A stretch of DNA of 46,557 nt. Origin: Bacilli bacterium (GTDB lineage: Bacteria; Bacillota_I; Bacilli_A; RF39; UBA660). The notes beneath the pieces are model-generated. The model did no database searches, had not been told where the DNA came from, and worked only from the letters and a program-made list of their open reading frames with translations. Both the position numbers and the translations under genes were made by a program. Positions 1-9,591 of this stretch are shown here, piece after piece (positions within the stretch are counted from its first letter, which is position 1; each line of letters opens with the position of its first letter). The stretch spans positions 1-46,557 of the forward strand of contig JAFUYX010000039.1 of assembly GCA_017476885.1 (NCBI GenBank), given 5' to 3'.

Positions 1-694
1 CGAAAATGAATAATAATTTTAGTATTATTAGTACATAATACATAAGTATATACTGCTGCAATAGAAGGAATGATCAAAATAGAAAGTGACTGTAAGGTAG
101 TTCATTTCATACCGACTCGATTGGAGCAGTTGTATAAACCTCAATTAAAGTAAAGAAAAGTTAGAATGCATAAGCGTGATATTAATTTAAAATATAAAAG
201 ACTTAAACCGGTCTTTTTTTGTTGAAATGAAAGGAGAGATATAATATGTTTTACAAACAGGAATTATTAGAGAATATGCCATACGTGGCAAAATTAAAAT
301 TTATAGGGAAGAATAAAGTTATAGATTTGAATGATGTTGTTAAATGTTTGGTTTATATAATTCATATTTTAATTTGCAAATGGAAAACAATGATAAGAGT
401 GCAGATCTCAGAAATTTACCTAGATTGTAAGTGTTAATGTAATAAAAAATATGATTTCATTGATTTAATTTATGAAATATATTATCGAATGTGTTTTGAA
501 AAAACAGTTCTATATTATTAGTTCTAACTACTAGATGTAGGGTTCAGCATATAACTTTAATGTTCGTAATGGAATTAATGAATGGATAAAAAATGAAATA
601 AAAGGATAACTCAACTTTAAGTTGTTTTCTTTCAACTATTAGTTTATTGATTATATAGGAATGTATATGTATAATTTTTAGCAGAGGTGAAGAG

Positions 695-1402
695 ATGAAA
701 AAAAGAAGTATAGTATTAATTTTACTATTTATTTGTTTGTTGTCAGTTACAGGTTGCAATAATAAAAACTCCATGGAATTTAAAAAAGAATATGAAGAAG
801 TGAATGGAAAGACTATAAGAGATGATATAAAATATAGGACTTTGGATATTAGTAAAGATAATCCATATGTAAAAGTTTCAATTGATGAAATTGAAAATAA
901 AATCAATAATAAAGAAACTTTTTATTTATATGTAGGAGATGCACTATGTCCTTGGTGTAGATCAGGATTAGAAAAAATGATAGAAGTAGCCAAAAAGGAG
1001 AATATTAAAACAATATATTATGTAGACTTTTGGGATGATAATCATAATGAAATATTAAGAGATTTATATGAAGTAGAAGAAGATCATGGAAATATTCGCT
1101 TCAAAAAAACTAAAGATGCTACTCATGGATATGAAACATTATTGAATAAAGTCTCAGATTATGTACAAGACTATACTATTATGAAAGACGGGAAAGAATA
1201 TAATGTTGGTATAAAAAGAATATATGGAGGAGATCATTTCTATTTTGAAAATGGTGAATGTACCAAATATGTATCTTTAAGAAGTGATAAATTATCCAAT
1301 GCAAATAATGAGTTAACGGATGAGGTGTTAAAAGATCAAGAACTAAAATTTACTAATTTTTTTGCTCCTAAAAATGTTTGCACAGGAATTGAAAATTGTT
1401 AA
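695..1402 (+). CDS. Thioredoxin-like lipoprotein
   Basis: N-terminal signal peptide with lipobox LSVTG-C. CPWC redox motif (GDALCPWCRSG). GAGGTGAAGAG Shine-Dalgarno region before the ATG. Confidence 0.7.
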   Translation: MKKRSIVLILLFICLLSVTGCNNKNSMEFKKEYEEVNGKTIRDDIKYRTLDISKDNPYVKVSIDEIENKINNKETFYLYVGDALCPWCRSGLEKMIEVAKKENIKTIYYVDFWDDNHNEILRDLYEVEEDHGNIRFKKTKDATHGYETLLNKVSDYVQDYTIMKDGKEYNVGIKRIYGGDHFYFENGECTKYVSLRSDKLSNANNELTDEVLKDQELKFTNFFAPKNVCTGIENC

Positions 1403-1452
1403 AAACAAAGTACTATAAAATGACATCCTATAATATATTTGGAGGTGTAACA

Positions 1453-1566
1453 GTGAAAGTAGCCGTAACTTATGATAATGGAAATGTTTTTCAACATTTT
1501 GGGCATATTAAAAAAATAGGAGGAAAGAAAAATGAAAGAGAAGAAAAGTTTAATAATCTACTTTAG
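1453..1566 (+). pseudogene. Truncated remnant of a NifB/NifX-type (Nitro_FeMo-Co-like) small protein
   Basis: GGAGGTG RBS followed by a GTG start. The first 18 codons, VKVAVTYDNGNVFQHFGH, match the conserved N-terminus of that family. The reading frame then runs into the flavodoxin RBS/start and stops after 37 codons. Confidence 0.45.
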
Positions 1567-2038
1567 TAGAGCAGATGAGAATTATTTTGGTGGAGAAATG
1601 AGATATGTAGAACAGGGAAATACAGAAATAGTTGCTCAATACATTAGAGATATTGTTGGTGCGGATATGTTTAAAGTTGAACCACTTCATCCATATCCAA
1701 AGGACTATATGGAGTGTATTGAAGAAGCAAAAGTAAGAACTAAAGAACATAATGCACCTATTAAAGAGAATGTTCCTAACATATCGAATTATGAAGTTAT
1801 TTATGTTGGTTCGCCCATTTATTGGGGTGGAATGCCTGAAGAGTTATTTACCGCTTTAAAAGGATTAGATTATTCTGGTAAAATAATAAGACCATTTACA
1901 ACTCATGAAGGTTCAGGATTATCTGGAGTACCAAGACAGTTAAAAGAATTATGTGTTGGTGCAGAAGTGATGGATGGGTTAGCCATTGTTGGCTCTCAAG
2001 TTAAAAACTCAAAACAAAAAGTAGAGAATTGGATTTAA
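1532..2038 (+). CDS. Flavodoxin-like protein (Flavodoxin_4-type)
   Basis: 168 aa. The N-terminus SLIIYFSRADENYFGG and the segment YVGSPIYWGGMPEE are typical of this flavodoxin-like family. Strong AGGAGGAAAG RBS. Confidence 0.7.
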   Translation: MKEKKSLIIYFSRADENYFGGEMRYVEQGNTEIVAQYIRDIVGADMFKVEPLHPYPKDYMECIEEAKVRTKEHNAPIKENVPNISNYEVIYVGSPIYWGGMPEELFTALKGLDYSGKIIRPFTTHEGSGLSGVPRQLKELCVGAEVMDGLAIVGSQVKNSKQKVENWI

Positions 2039-2246
2039 GGAGGAATCTGTTATGGAAAAGTCCAATTTAAGATTCAAAAATTAATATATTGTTAAAAAAT
2101 GCACTTACAAATCACGTCAATGATAGAGAAGTACAAATGAAAGCGATTGATACAAGGTATAGGTATGAGAAATATCATTGAGTGAATTAGATTAAACTAT
2201 AAGTGATAAGAGTTAAAAAGCTAGGTCATACTAGTTTTTTTATGTA

Positions 2247-2277
2247 TTGACAGGACTCCCTGGAGGTAGTGTATAAT
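2247..2277 (+). promoter_or_regulatory. cop operon promoter with candidate CsoR operator
   Basis: TTGACA (2247-2252) and TATAAT (2272-2277) are separated by a 19-nt spacer. The spacer contains the GC-rich pseudo-palindrome ACTCCCTGGAGGTAGT (2255-2270, 12 of 16 positions symmetric). Confidence 0.55.
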
Positions 2278-2300
2278 GCTGGTAATGGAGATGATTTTAA

Positions 2301-2563
2301 ATGGCAAAATGTCCTCAATTTGATGAGTATAGTCGAAATAAATATAAAACTACAGATAAAAAAAGTATTTAAAGACTAGATTAAATACGATTGAAGAACA
2401 AATAAGAGAATTTTTAAAAAATGACAATTATTGTAACGACCTATTCATCCAATTACCGGCGATGTATCAATCAATTAATAGTTTCAGTATTGAGTTGTTA
2501 TAGGTCCATTTATCTTTTTGTATAGTAGATGGTAGGAATTTTTTGAAAGGTGGTCAATCATGA
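2301..2563 (+). pseudogene. csoR: CsoR-family copper-sensing repressor, disrupted by a frameshift and an in-frame TAG
   Basis: Frame 1 reads MAKCPQFDEYSRNKYKTTDKKS and stops at 2370. The +1-shifted frame, starting in the A7 run (2358-2364), reads KKYLKTRLNTIEEQIREFLKNDNYCNDLFIQLPAMYQSINSFSIELL*VHLSFCIVDG. This matches the CsoR RLxRIEGQ...YC...HxxxC layout. The TAG lies at 2501-2503. The frame ends in a TGA that overlaps the copA ATG. Confidence 0.7.
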
Positions 2564-4758
2564 AAAAAGTAATATTAAAAGTGGAAGGAATGAGTTGTAG
2601 TGCATGTCAAAATAGAGTTGAAAAGTATTTAAATCAACAAGATGGAGTAAGTGCATCGGTAAATTTAGTTATGGCACAAGCACTCATAGAATATGATGAA
2701 GAAAAAGTATCTTTATCCGATTTAGATCGATTTATTGAGGAAGCGGGATATAAAAGTGCTGGAATATATCATGAAGAATTAGATGAAAAAAAGGATAATA
2801 CAAAATATTATTTAATAGGTTTTGCTTTTTTAATTATTGTCATAATGTATATTTCTATGTCACATATGATAGGATTTCCAGTAATACCGTTTTTCCATAG
2901 GATTCATCATCCGATTCATTATGGTGTAGCTTTATTTATATTCACAATACCATTCCTTATATTTGGATTTGACATTTTAAAAAGTGGAATAGTTAAATTA
3001 ATTCACAAAAGTCCTAATATGGATACTTTAGTCACTATTGGAGTTTTGGCAAGTTTTATTTATAGCATAGTTAATTTAGTATTAATTTTTTTAGGAAATA
3101 ACATGTTAGTAGAAAATTTATATTTTGAAAGTTCTGCCATGATAATTTATTTTATAAAACTTGGAAGATTTATCGATAAAAAATCAAAAGAAAAAACGAA
3201 AGAAGCCATTAAAGAATTAGTTCAAATAACACCACAAAGTGCAATTATTAAAACTAAGAGTGGCGAAAAAGAAGTAACAATCGATGAAGTTAAAAAAGGA
3301 GATATTTTAATTTGTAAGCCTGGCATGAAAATTGCTGTTGATGGAGTAATTACTAGTGGTGAAACTCATTTAGATGAAGCCTTTATAACAGGAGAATCTT
3401 TTCCCGTAAAGAAAAGTAAAAATGATAAAGTAATTGCGGGTTCCATTAATATCGATGGTTCTATTGAGTATCAAGCAGAGAAAATTGGACCAGATTCCAC
3501 AATATCTGAAATTGTGAGATTAGTTGTTGAAGCAACCAGCACAAAAACACAATCACAAAGATTAGCAGATCAAGTGTCAGGATATTTTGTTCCAGGAATA
3601 ATGATTATTGCTACTATAACATTTATAAGTTATTTATTATTAGGTTATCCATTTAATGAATCAATTATTTCATTTGTTACTGTTTTGGTGGTAGCTTGTC
3701 CTTGTGCTTTAGGGTTAGCCACTCCACTTGCAATCGTTGTCAGTGAAGGTGAGTGTGCAAAAAAAGGAATTCTAGTGAAAACCAGTGAAACATTAGAAAA
3801 TGTAAATAAAATAGATACTATAATTTTTGATAAAACAGGAACACTTACATATGGTAATTTAAAAATATCTAAAATTTATAATTATTCTCAATATCACGAT
3901 AAGGAAATACTTCATATTGTGGCTGGTTTGGAGAATTATAGTACTCATCCAATAGCTAATGCATTTAAAGACTACTATGATTCTAAAATTAAAGTAAGTA
4001 ATTTCCAAAATATTTCTGGAGTAGGTTTATTTGGAAATATCAATAAAAAAGAATTTTATGTTGGTAATAATAAATTATTTAAAAAACTAGATATTAAAAA
4101 TGAATATTTAAAAGATGAAAAAGAATTAATAGAAAATGGCAATAGCATTATTTATGTATTTGAAGACAATAAGGTAATAGCATTAATTGGAGTAAAAGAT
4201 ATTATTAGAGAAAATGCTAAAGCTACTATTAAAGAATTAATTAAACTAAATAAAGAAGTCATAATGTTATCTGGGGATCATGAAACAACGGCAAATATGG
4301 TTGGTAAAGAACTTGGGATAAGTAAAGTCATTGCTAATGTACTTCCTAATGAAAAAGAGAAGGTAATTAAAGAATTGATAAATAATAATCATAAAGTAAT
4401 GATGGTAGGAGATGGAATCAATGATGCTCCGTCCCTTGCAAGTGCTACTATTGGAGTTTCAGTCAATAGTGGAACAGATATTGCAGGAGATTCAGCCGAT
4501 GTGCTATTAATGCAAGATGATTTATCTAAAATCATTTCCTTGTTTGATGTGAGCAAGAAAACGGTAAGAATCATAAAACAAAATTTATTTTGGGCATTTA
4601 TATATAATATTTTAATGATACCTTTAGCAATAGGGGTATTTAAACCATTAGGATTAAGTATTACTCCTATGATAGCAAGTATTTCAATGACTATCAGTAG
4701 TTTGTGTGTGGTATTTAATTCTTTAAGGTTAAGGAGAAAAGGCTTTTTAAGAGATTAG
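2560..4758 (+). CDS. copA: Copper-translocating P1B-type ATPase
   Basis: N-terminal HMA domain (GMSCSACQNRVE). CPC transmembrane motif (ACPCALGLATP). DKTGTLT phosphorylation site. GDGINDAP hinge. Confidence 0.95.
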   Translation: MKKVILKVEGMSCSACQNRVEKYLNQQDGVSASVNLVMAQALIEYDEEKVSLSDLDRFIEEAGYKSAGIYHEELDEKKDNTKYYLIGFAFLIIVIMYISMSHMIGFPVIPFFHRIHHPIHYGVALFIFTIPFLIFGFDILKSGIVKLIHKSPNMDTLVTIGVLASFIYSIVNLVLIFLGNNMLVENLYFESSAMIIYFIKLGRFIDKKSKEKTKEAIKELVQITPQSAIIKTKSGEKEVTIDEVKKGDILICKPGMKIAVDGVITSGETHLDEAFITGESFPVKKSKNDKVIAGSINIDGSIEYQAEKIGPDSTISEIVRLVVEATSTKTQSQRLADQVSGYFVPGIMIIATITFISYLLLGYPFNESIISFVTVLVVACPCALGLATPLAIVVSEGECAKKGILVKTSETLENVNKIDTIIFDKTGTLTYGNLKISKIYNYSQYHDKEILHIVAGLENYSTHPIANAFKDYYDSKIKVSNFQNISGVGLFGNINKKEFYVGNNKLFKKLDIKNEYLKDEKELIENGNSIIYVFEDNKVIALIGVKDIIRENAKATIKELIKLNKEVIMLSGDHETTANMVGKELGISKVIANVLPNEKEKVIKELINNNHKVMMVGDGINDAPSLASATIGVSVNSGTDIAGDSADVLLMQDDLSKIISLFDVSKKTVRIIKQNLFWAFIYNILMIPLAIGVFKPLGLSITPMIASISMTISSLCVVFNSLRLRRKGFLRD

Positions 4759-4812
4759 GTGAATCTTGTTCTTTTTCTATGGTAAAATATGGTTAGGGCA
4801 AGGAGGTGCTTC

Positions 4813-4902
4813 ATGGAAAGAATTATTTTTACTTGCTCATGGCTCTGCATATGGGTACCTCTAGATATCAAAGATGTCCTCACTGTGGGAAGAAATCGTT
4901 GA
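4813..4902 (+). CDS. Small ORF (29 aa) behind a strong RBS; possibly a frame-disrupted zinc-ribbon peptide
   Basis: AAGGAGGTG lies 5 nt before the ATG. The frame gives MERIIFTCSWLC... An overlapping frame reads RYQRCPHCGKKSLTKKVMKK*, which suggests a split CxxC...CxxC ribbon. Confidence 0.25.
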   Translation: MERIIFTCSWLCIWVPLDIKDVLTVGRNR

Positions 4903-5081
4903 CTAAAAAAGTGATGAAAAAATAGTTATTAGAACGAAGACTCCATTGAATTAGATTTTTTTTCTTTTGATTTGCAGGGTGTGAATTACATTAAAGGCAC
5001 CTAATTTTTTACGATTTTTATATCTCTATTGATAATTATGGGTTAGTTATGTTATACTTACGTAGAAATGAGGATGATGGG

Positions 5082-5945
5082 ATGAAAAAATTTTTTGGTG
5101 GAATCGATTTATCTTGGAAAAAATTGATTTTATTTTCTATTTTAGCAGGAGTTTATACTGCTGTGATGTGTTTGATTCCAATGACGAAGGATACTTCTTT
5201 TAGAGATATTACAATTTCTTTTGAAGTGTGGATATTGTTTGGTATATTTATTATTATTAATAGTAAATCTTCAAAAGATTCCGCGTTCAAATGTTTTGTA
5301 TTCTTTTTAATAAGCCAACCACTTGTTTATTTAGTTCAGGATTTGTTCAATCATAGTAATTTATTTTTAACGTATTATCAATTTTGGATTCTATGGACAT
5401 TAGCCACCATTCCTATGGGGTTTATAGGCTATTATATGAAAAAAGATCGTTGGTGGGGATTATGTATTCTTGTTCCAATGTTAGTTTTTTTAGGAATTCA
5501 TTATGGTGGTTTTTTAGGCGAAGCAATTTTTTACTTTCCACGTCATCTTTTAAGTGCTTTATTTTGTGTTGCTACTATGATTCTGTATCCACTATGTATA
5601 TTTCATAATAAAAAAATTAAGTATACTGGATTTGCTATTAGTTGCGTTCTTATTTTGGGGATGACTTTTGTTACTTTATCAAATAAGATTACTTATAATA
5701 CGATACTTTTAGTCAGTAGCGTTGAAAATGGCAATGTGTTTGACGATAGTTATACGGTTTATCTAGAAAACGATAAAATGGGAGAGGTTTCTATTGAGTA
5801 TGACGAAAGTTTTGAGGCTTATAGAATAGATGCTGAATTTAAAAGAGCAGGAAAGACTAATTTAGTTTTGGAAGATAAGAATGGGAATAAAACAATCTAT
5901 GAGGTTGATGTTCAAAGAAATTCTTATGATATTATTAAAAAATAA
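5082..5945 (+). CDS. Multi-pass membrane protein of unknown function with a soluble C-terminal domain
   Basis: GAGGA RBS before MKKFFGG. The ATG at 5049 lies inside a TTGATA-18-TATACT promoter (5029-5058). About six hydrophobic helices are followed by roughly 90 hydrophilic residues. Confidence 0.6.
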   Translation: MKKFFGGIDLSWKKLILFSILAGVYTAVMCLIPMTKDTSFRDITISFEVWILFGIFIIINSKSSKDSAFKCFVFFLISQPLVYLVQDLFNHSNLFLTYYQFWILWTLATIPMGFIGYYMKKDRWWGLCILVPMLVFLGIHYGGFLGEAIFYFPRHLLSALFCVATMILYPLCIFHNKKIKYTGFAISCVLILGMTFVTLSNKITYNTILLVSSVENGNVFDDSYTVYLENDKMGEVSIEYDESFEAYRIDAEFKRAGKTNLVLEDKNGNKTIYEVDVQRNSYDIIKK

Positions 5946-5949
5946 AGGT

Positions 5950-5978
5950 GCTTCATCAATTTGATGAAGTTTTCTTTT
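5950..5978 (+). terminator. Rho-independent terminator
   Basis: Stem CTTCATC/GATGAAG followed by TTTTCTTTT. Confidence 0.75.
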
Positions 5979-6053
5979 GCTTTCTTGGAGATTTTTTTTA
6001 TGATATCCATTGCCAAGAAGGTATATTATAATGGTGTTGAAGTGGTGAGATGT

Positions 6054-6719
6054 ATGAAGAATTATTTAAAAGCTAAAGATTATAGAAAAATATTTTTTTT
6101 ATATGGTTTAGTTTATGCTACTATTCCAATTATTATTGTTGAAATCCTGTGGGATTGTTTTGTTCCTGCTATTTTTTTTCTTGATGGATTATTTAGGGAA
6201 CTCATAGAATCTTTTTTCAGAGCTGCTTTGATTGAAGAGTTTTTTAAATTTTATGGGTTTATGAAAGCTAATAAAGCCTATCATTTTAGCAATGAAAAGG
6301 AGTTTATGATAGGAGCTGGGATGATTGGACTTGCCTATGCAGTGATTGAAAAAATTGCCACTGGGAATGTTTTGGCAATCCTTTTGAGTATTATTTTTCC
6401 TATGCATATCTTATGGCAAATGAATCAAGGAAGACATTTCTAGCAGTATCAAAAAGCGAGAGACGAAGGGGACAATAAAAAAGCTAAAAGAGAGTTCTTT
6501 TTAGCTACTTTCGCTATATTTTTAATGCATGGATGTTGGGATGCTTCTATTAGTCTTGTTCAATTCTTTTCTGAACCATCGGTATTTGAAGCGGCTGATA
6601 TTATTGGAGGAATTTTACTGATTCTCATTCTTTTATGGGGAGTTTTCTATCTTGTTTTCAGTATCATTAAAATTCGACAAGTGTTAAAAGCAAATCCCTT
6701 GACTAGAAATCAAGAATAG
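6054..6719 (+). pseudogene. PrsW-family intramembrane protease with a single in-frame TAG
   Basis: GGTGAG RBS before MKNYLKA. EExxK motif (AALIEEFFKF) and a downstream HxxxD motif (FLMHGCWDAS). ORFs 5961-6443 and 6525-6719 are in the same frame, separated only by the TAG at 6441-6443. The combined length of 221 aa fits PrsW. Confidence 0.6.
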
Positions 6720-6772
6720 ATTTTGATTTCTTTTTTTATTGAAGATGTGGAGAAAGCAATATTCTATTTGTT

Positions 6773-7339
6773 TTATAACTTATTTGGAATTAATTTGTCA
6801 ATATAGGATAATAGTTCCTCTTTACTATATTTATCTTTTCTTGTAATCAAAGTTATTCCAATGTTGATTAATCCTCCTGCATAAAATTTTACAATAATGT
6901 CTAGAGGGAGATTTGAATCAATTACTTCGTTATTATTCTTTAATCGATCTGCTACATCTCTTTCCAAAGCATCAATTAAAAAATCAATTAAGATTCCATT
7001 TCTATTATTGGTTAGAATGGCACTATAGGTGTCTTTATTGTCATTGATATGATCGATTAAAATATTGAGTAATTCCATCAGATATTCTTTTGAAAAAGTA
7101 TTGTTTTCATTTTCTCCTAATTCTTTTAGTAGAATGTTTTTTTGTTCTTCGAATAAATCTTTTAGTAATTCATATTTATCTTCGTAGTGTGCATAAAATG
7201 TAGAACGATTAATCAAGGATTCTTCGCATATATCTGATATTTTAATCTTTTCAAACGTATTGTTTTTCATTAGTTTTAATAATGAATCAAATAGAACTTT
7301 CTTTGTTTTTATTACTCTTAAATCGGTTTGTTTGGACAT
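6773..7339 (-). CDS. TetR/AcrR-family transcriptional regulator
   Basis: N-terminal HTH (ISDICEESLINRSTFYAHYEDKYELL). AAGAGGA RBS before MSKQTD. Divergent from the MMPL gene. Confidence 0.85.
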   Translation of the reverse strand: MSKQTDLRVIKTKKVLFDSLLKLMKNNTFEKIKISDICEESLINRSTFYAHYEDKYELLKDLFEEQKNILLKELGENENNTFSKEYLMELLNILIDHINDNKDTYSAILTNNRNGILIDFLIDALERDVADRLKNNNEVIDSNLPLDIIVKFYAGGLINIGITLITRKDKYSKEELLSYIDKLIPNKL

Positions 7340-7518
7340 ATGAATTCCTCTTTTCAATCGATATTATAAGACTTAACTTTACAAAAGTCAAATAACATAC
7401 AAAATGTATGATAAATATACATATATATTTATAAAAGTGTTGGATAACCATCATATATGAGGTAATGATGTGGTATTTCTTTAATAACTGCCATAAAATG
7501 TATTGCTGAGGTGGGATA

Positions 7519-9591
7519 ATGAAGAAATTCTCAAATTTTGTAGTTAAAAATAGAGTCATCATTTTATTTATCAGTGTACTATTGGTCATTCCTTCTGTTA
7601 TTGGGTATATTGGTACTAAGACAAATTATGATATCTTAGTTTATTTACCTAGTGATATTGAAACGTTAAAAGGTCAAAACATTTTAAAAGATGATTTTGG
7701 AATAGGGGCTTTTTCAGTTTCTTTGGTAGATCGTAGCATTAATCCAAAAGATCTCATTGAACTTGAAAATCAGATTAGACAGATTGATGGGGTTAGCAAT
7801 GTGGTCAGTATTAATGATCTTACTGGAACTACGATTCCTTTAGAAATGATTCCAGAAAAGATATTAAAACATGTTTCTAGTTCAGATTCCATTTTATTAC
7901 TTATTACGTTTAAAACGGGAACGAGTGATGAAGAAACCACTGATGCAGTCAAAGAAATTGAGGCTTTATCGAGTAGAATCAAAGTCGGTGGAATGAGTGC
8001 GATGTCTTTAGATATGAGAAGACTAGTAGAAAGTCAAACTTTTGCCTATGTTGCTGTAGCAGTTGTTTTTTGTTTCATCGTTTTATTGTTATCTTTAGAT
8101 TCGTATTTGGTTCCTTTCTTGCTTCTAGGTAATATTGGATTGTCCATTCTTTTTAATATGGGAACTAATATTGTGTTTGGAGAGATTTCCTATATTACAA
8201 AAGCTATTGCCGCGGTTTTACAACTAGGAGTAACGACTGATTTTTCGATCTTCTTATATCATAAATATGAAGCTGCCAAAGAAAAGAAGAAATCGAAGGA
8301 TGAAGCAATGTGCGAGGCTATTTGTGAAACTATGGTTTCGGTGGTTGGTTCTTCTCTTACTACTATAGCTGGATTTTTAGCCTTGTGTACCATGAAATTT
8401 GGATTAGGAAATGATATTGGCCTAGTTATGGCAAAAGGGGTCGTATTTGGGGTACTTACAGTTTTAACTGTCTATCCATCTTTATTGTTGTTATTTGATC
8501 GGTTTATTCAAAAAACAAAACATAAACCTTTGATACCCAAATTTAAATTTGTGAGCCCAATTGTAATGAAAAACTATAAATGGATCTTTCTGATTTTCTT
8601 AATTCTTTTAGTCCCTGCTTATTTATCTCAAAAAAATACAGAGGTTTACTATAAGTTAGATACTTCTATCCCAGAGGATTATAATTATTCTATTGTTAGT
8701 AAAAAGTTAATGAATGAGTATGGACTTATCTCTCAATCCATGATTCTTGTTGATGCTAATATAAAGAATCAGATGCTGAATCAGATGATTGATGAGATTG
8801 ATGAAGTGAAAGGAATTGATAGTGTCATCTCTCTAAATATGTTTTGCCAATACGGAATTTCAACAGATATGCTTCCCTCTAAAATAAGAAATCTGTTAGA
8901 GACTGATCGATACCGATTAATTCTTGTTAATTCTCAATATGAAATTGCTACGGATGAATTAAATGAGCAAATTGTTCAGTTAAATACTATTGTAAAAAAC
9001 TATGATAAAAATGCTATTTTAGCTGGGGAAGGTCCTTTAATGAACGATTTAGTAGAGATTACTGCGGTTGATTTTAGAAATGTGAATTATGTTTCTATTG
9101 GAGTCATTTTTATCATTATGTTCTTTGTATTAAAATCTTTCAGTTTGCCGGTTCTGTTAGTGTTATCTATTGAATTTGCAATATTCATTAATATGGGGGT
9201 TCCATATTGGCAAGGGAAGAGTATTCCGTTTGTGTCTTCGATTGTTATAGGAACGATACAGTTGGGGGCCACCATCGATTATGCAATTCTTTTAACTACA
9301 AAGTATTTGGCTGAAAGAAAAAGTGGAAAAGATAAGAAAGAAGCTGTTGGAGAGGCATTAAATTCTTCTGTATCCTCTATTTTTGTTAGTGCAATGTGTT
9401 TTTTTGCTGCGACCTTTGCGGTATTTGCTATATCCAAAATTGATATGATTGGCTCGTTGTGTTTATTAATGTCTAGGGGAGCTGTGATAAGTATGGTTGT
9501 CGTGATGTTTGTTGTTCCTAGTGTGTTATTAATGTTTGATAAAATGATTATCAAAACCACGGTTGGTTTTAAGAAAGGAAAGAGTTTATGA
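7519..9591 (+). CDS. MMPL/RND-superfamily membrane transporter
   Basis: 690 aa with two repeats, each a large extracytoplasmic loop followed by a bundle of about 5 TM helices. MMPL-like sequence GFLALCTMKFGLGNDIGLVMAKGV. Confidence 0.8.
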   Translation: MKKFSNFVVKNRVIILFISVLLVIPSVIGYIGTKTNYDILVYLPSDIETLKGQNILKDDFGIGAFSVSLVDRSINPKDLIELENQIRQIDGVSNVVSINDLTGTTIPLEMIPEKILKHVSSSDSILLLITFKTGTSDEETTDAVKEIEALSSRIKVGGMSAMSLDMRRLVESQTFAYVAVAVVFCFIVLLLSLDSYLVPFLLLGNIGLSILFNMGTNIVFGEISYITKAIAAVLQLGVTTDFSIFLYHKYEAAKEKKKSKDEAMCEAICETMVSVVGSSLTTIAGFLALCTMKFGLGNDIGLVMAKGVVFGVLTVLTVYPSLLLLFDRFIQKTKHKPLIPKFKFVSPIVMKNYKWIFLIFLILLVPAYLSQKNTEVYYKLDTSIPEDYNYSIVSKKLMNEYGLISQSMILVDANIKNQMLNQMIDEIDEVKGIDSVISLNMFCQYGISTDMLPSKIRNLLETDRYRLILVNSQYEIATDELNEQIVQLNTIVKNYDKNAILAGEGPLMNDLVEITAVDFRNVNYVSIGVIFIIMFFVLKSFSLPVLLVLSIEFAIFINMGVPYWQGKSIPFVSSIVIGTIQLGATIDYAILLTTKYLAERKSGKDKKEAVGEALNSSVSSIFVSAMCFFAATFAVFAISKIDMIGSLCLLMSRGAVISMVVVMFVVPSVLLMFDKMIIKTTVGFKKGKSL

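Noticed and set aside
246-437. 63-aa ORF near the window start.
   Set aside because: It has a plausible GGAGAG RBS but no motif, an odd composition, and sits in a region otherwise full of stops. The evidence is insufficient to call it a gene.
544-906. Minus-strand 120-aa ORF overlapping the start of the thioredoxin-like lipoprotein.
   Set aside because: It has no RBS, is low-complexity and Ile/Leu/Ser/Phe-rich, and is antisense to a gene with clear signal peptide and CPWC features.
2501-6443. Idea that the in-frame TAG codons in csoR and the prsW-like gene reflect TAG reassignment or pyrrolysine-type recoding.
   Set aside because: TAG ends several well-defined genes at the expected protein C-termini (copA at 4758, CDF at 13275, yvcK at 17137, prsW-like at 6719). 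The third interrupted gene uses TAA, and csoR also has a frameshift. Ordinary pseudogenisation is more parsimonious.
7287-7589. Minus-strand 100-aa ORF spanning the TetR/MMPL intergenic region.
   Set aside because: It overlaps both real gene starts and the divergent promoter region, and has no RBS.
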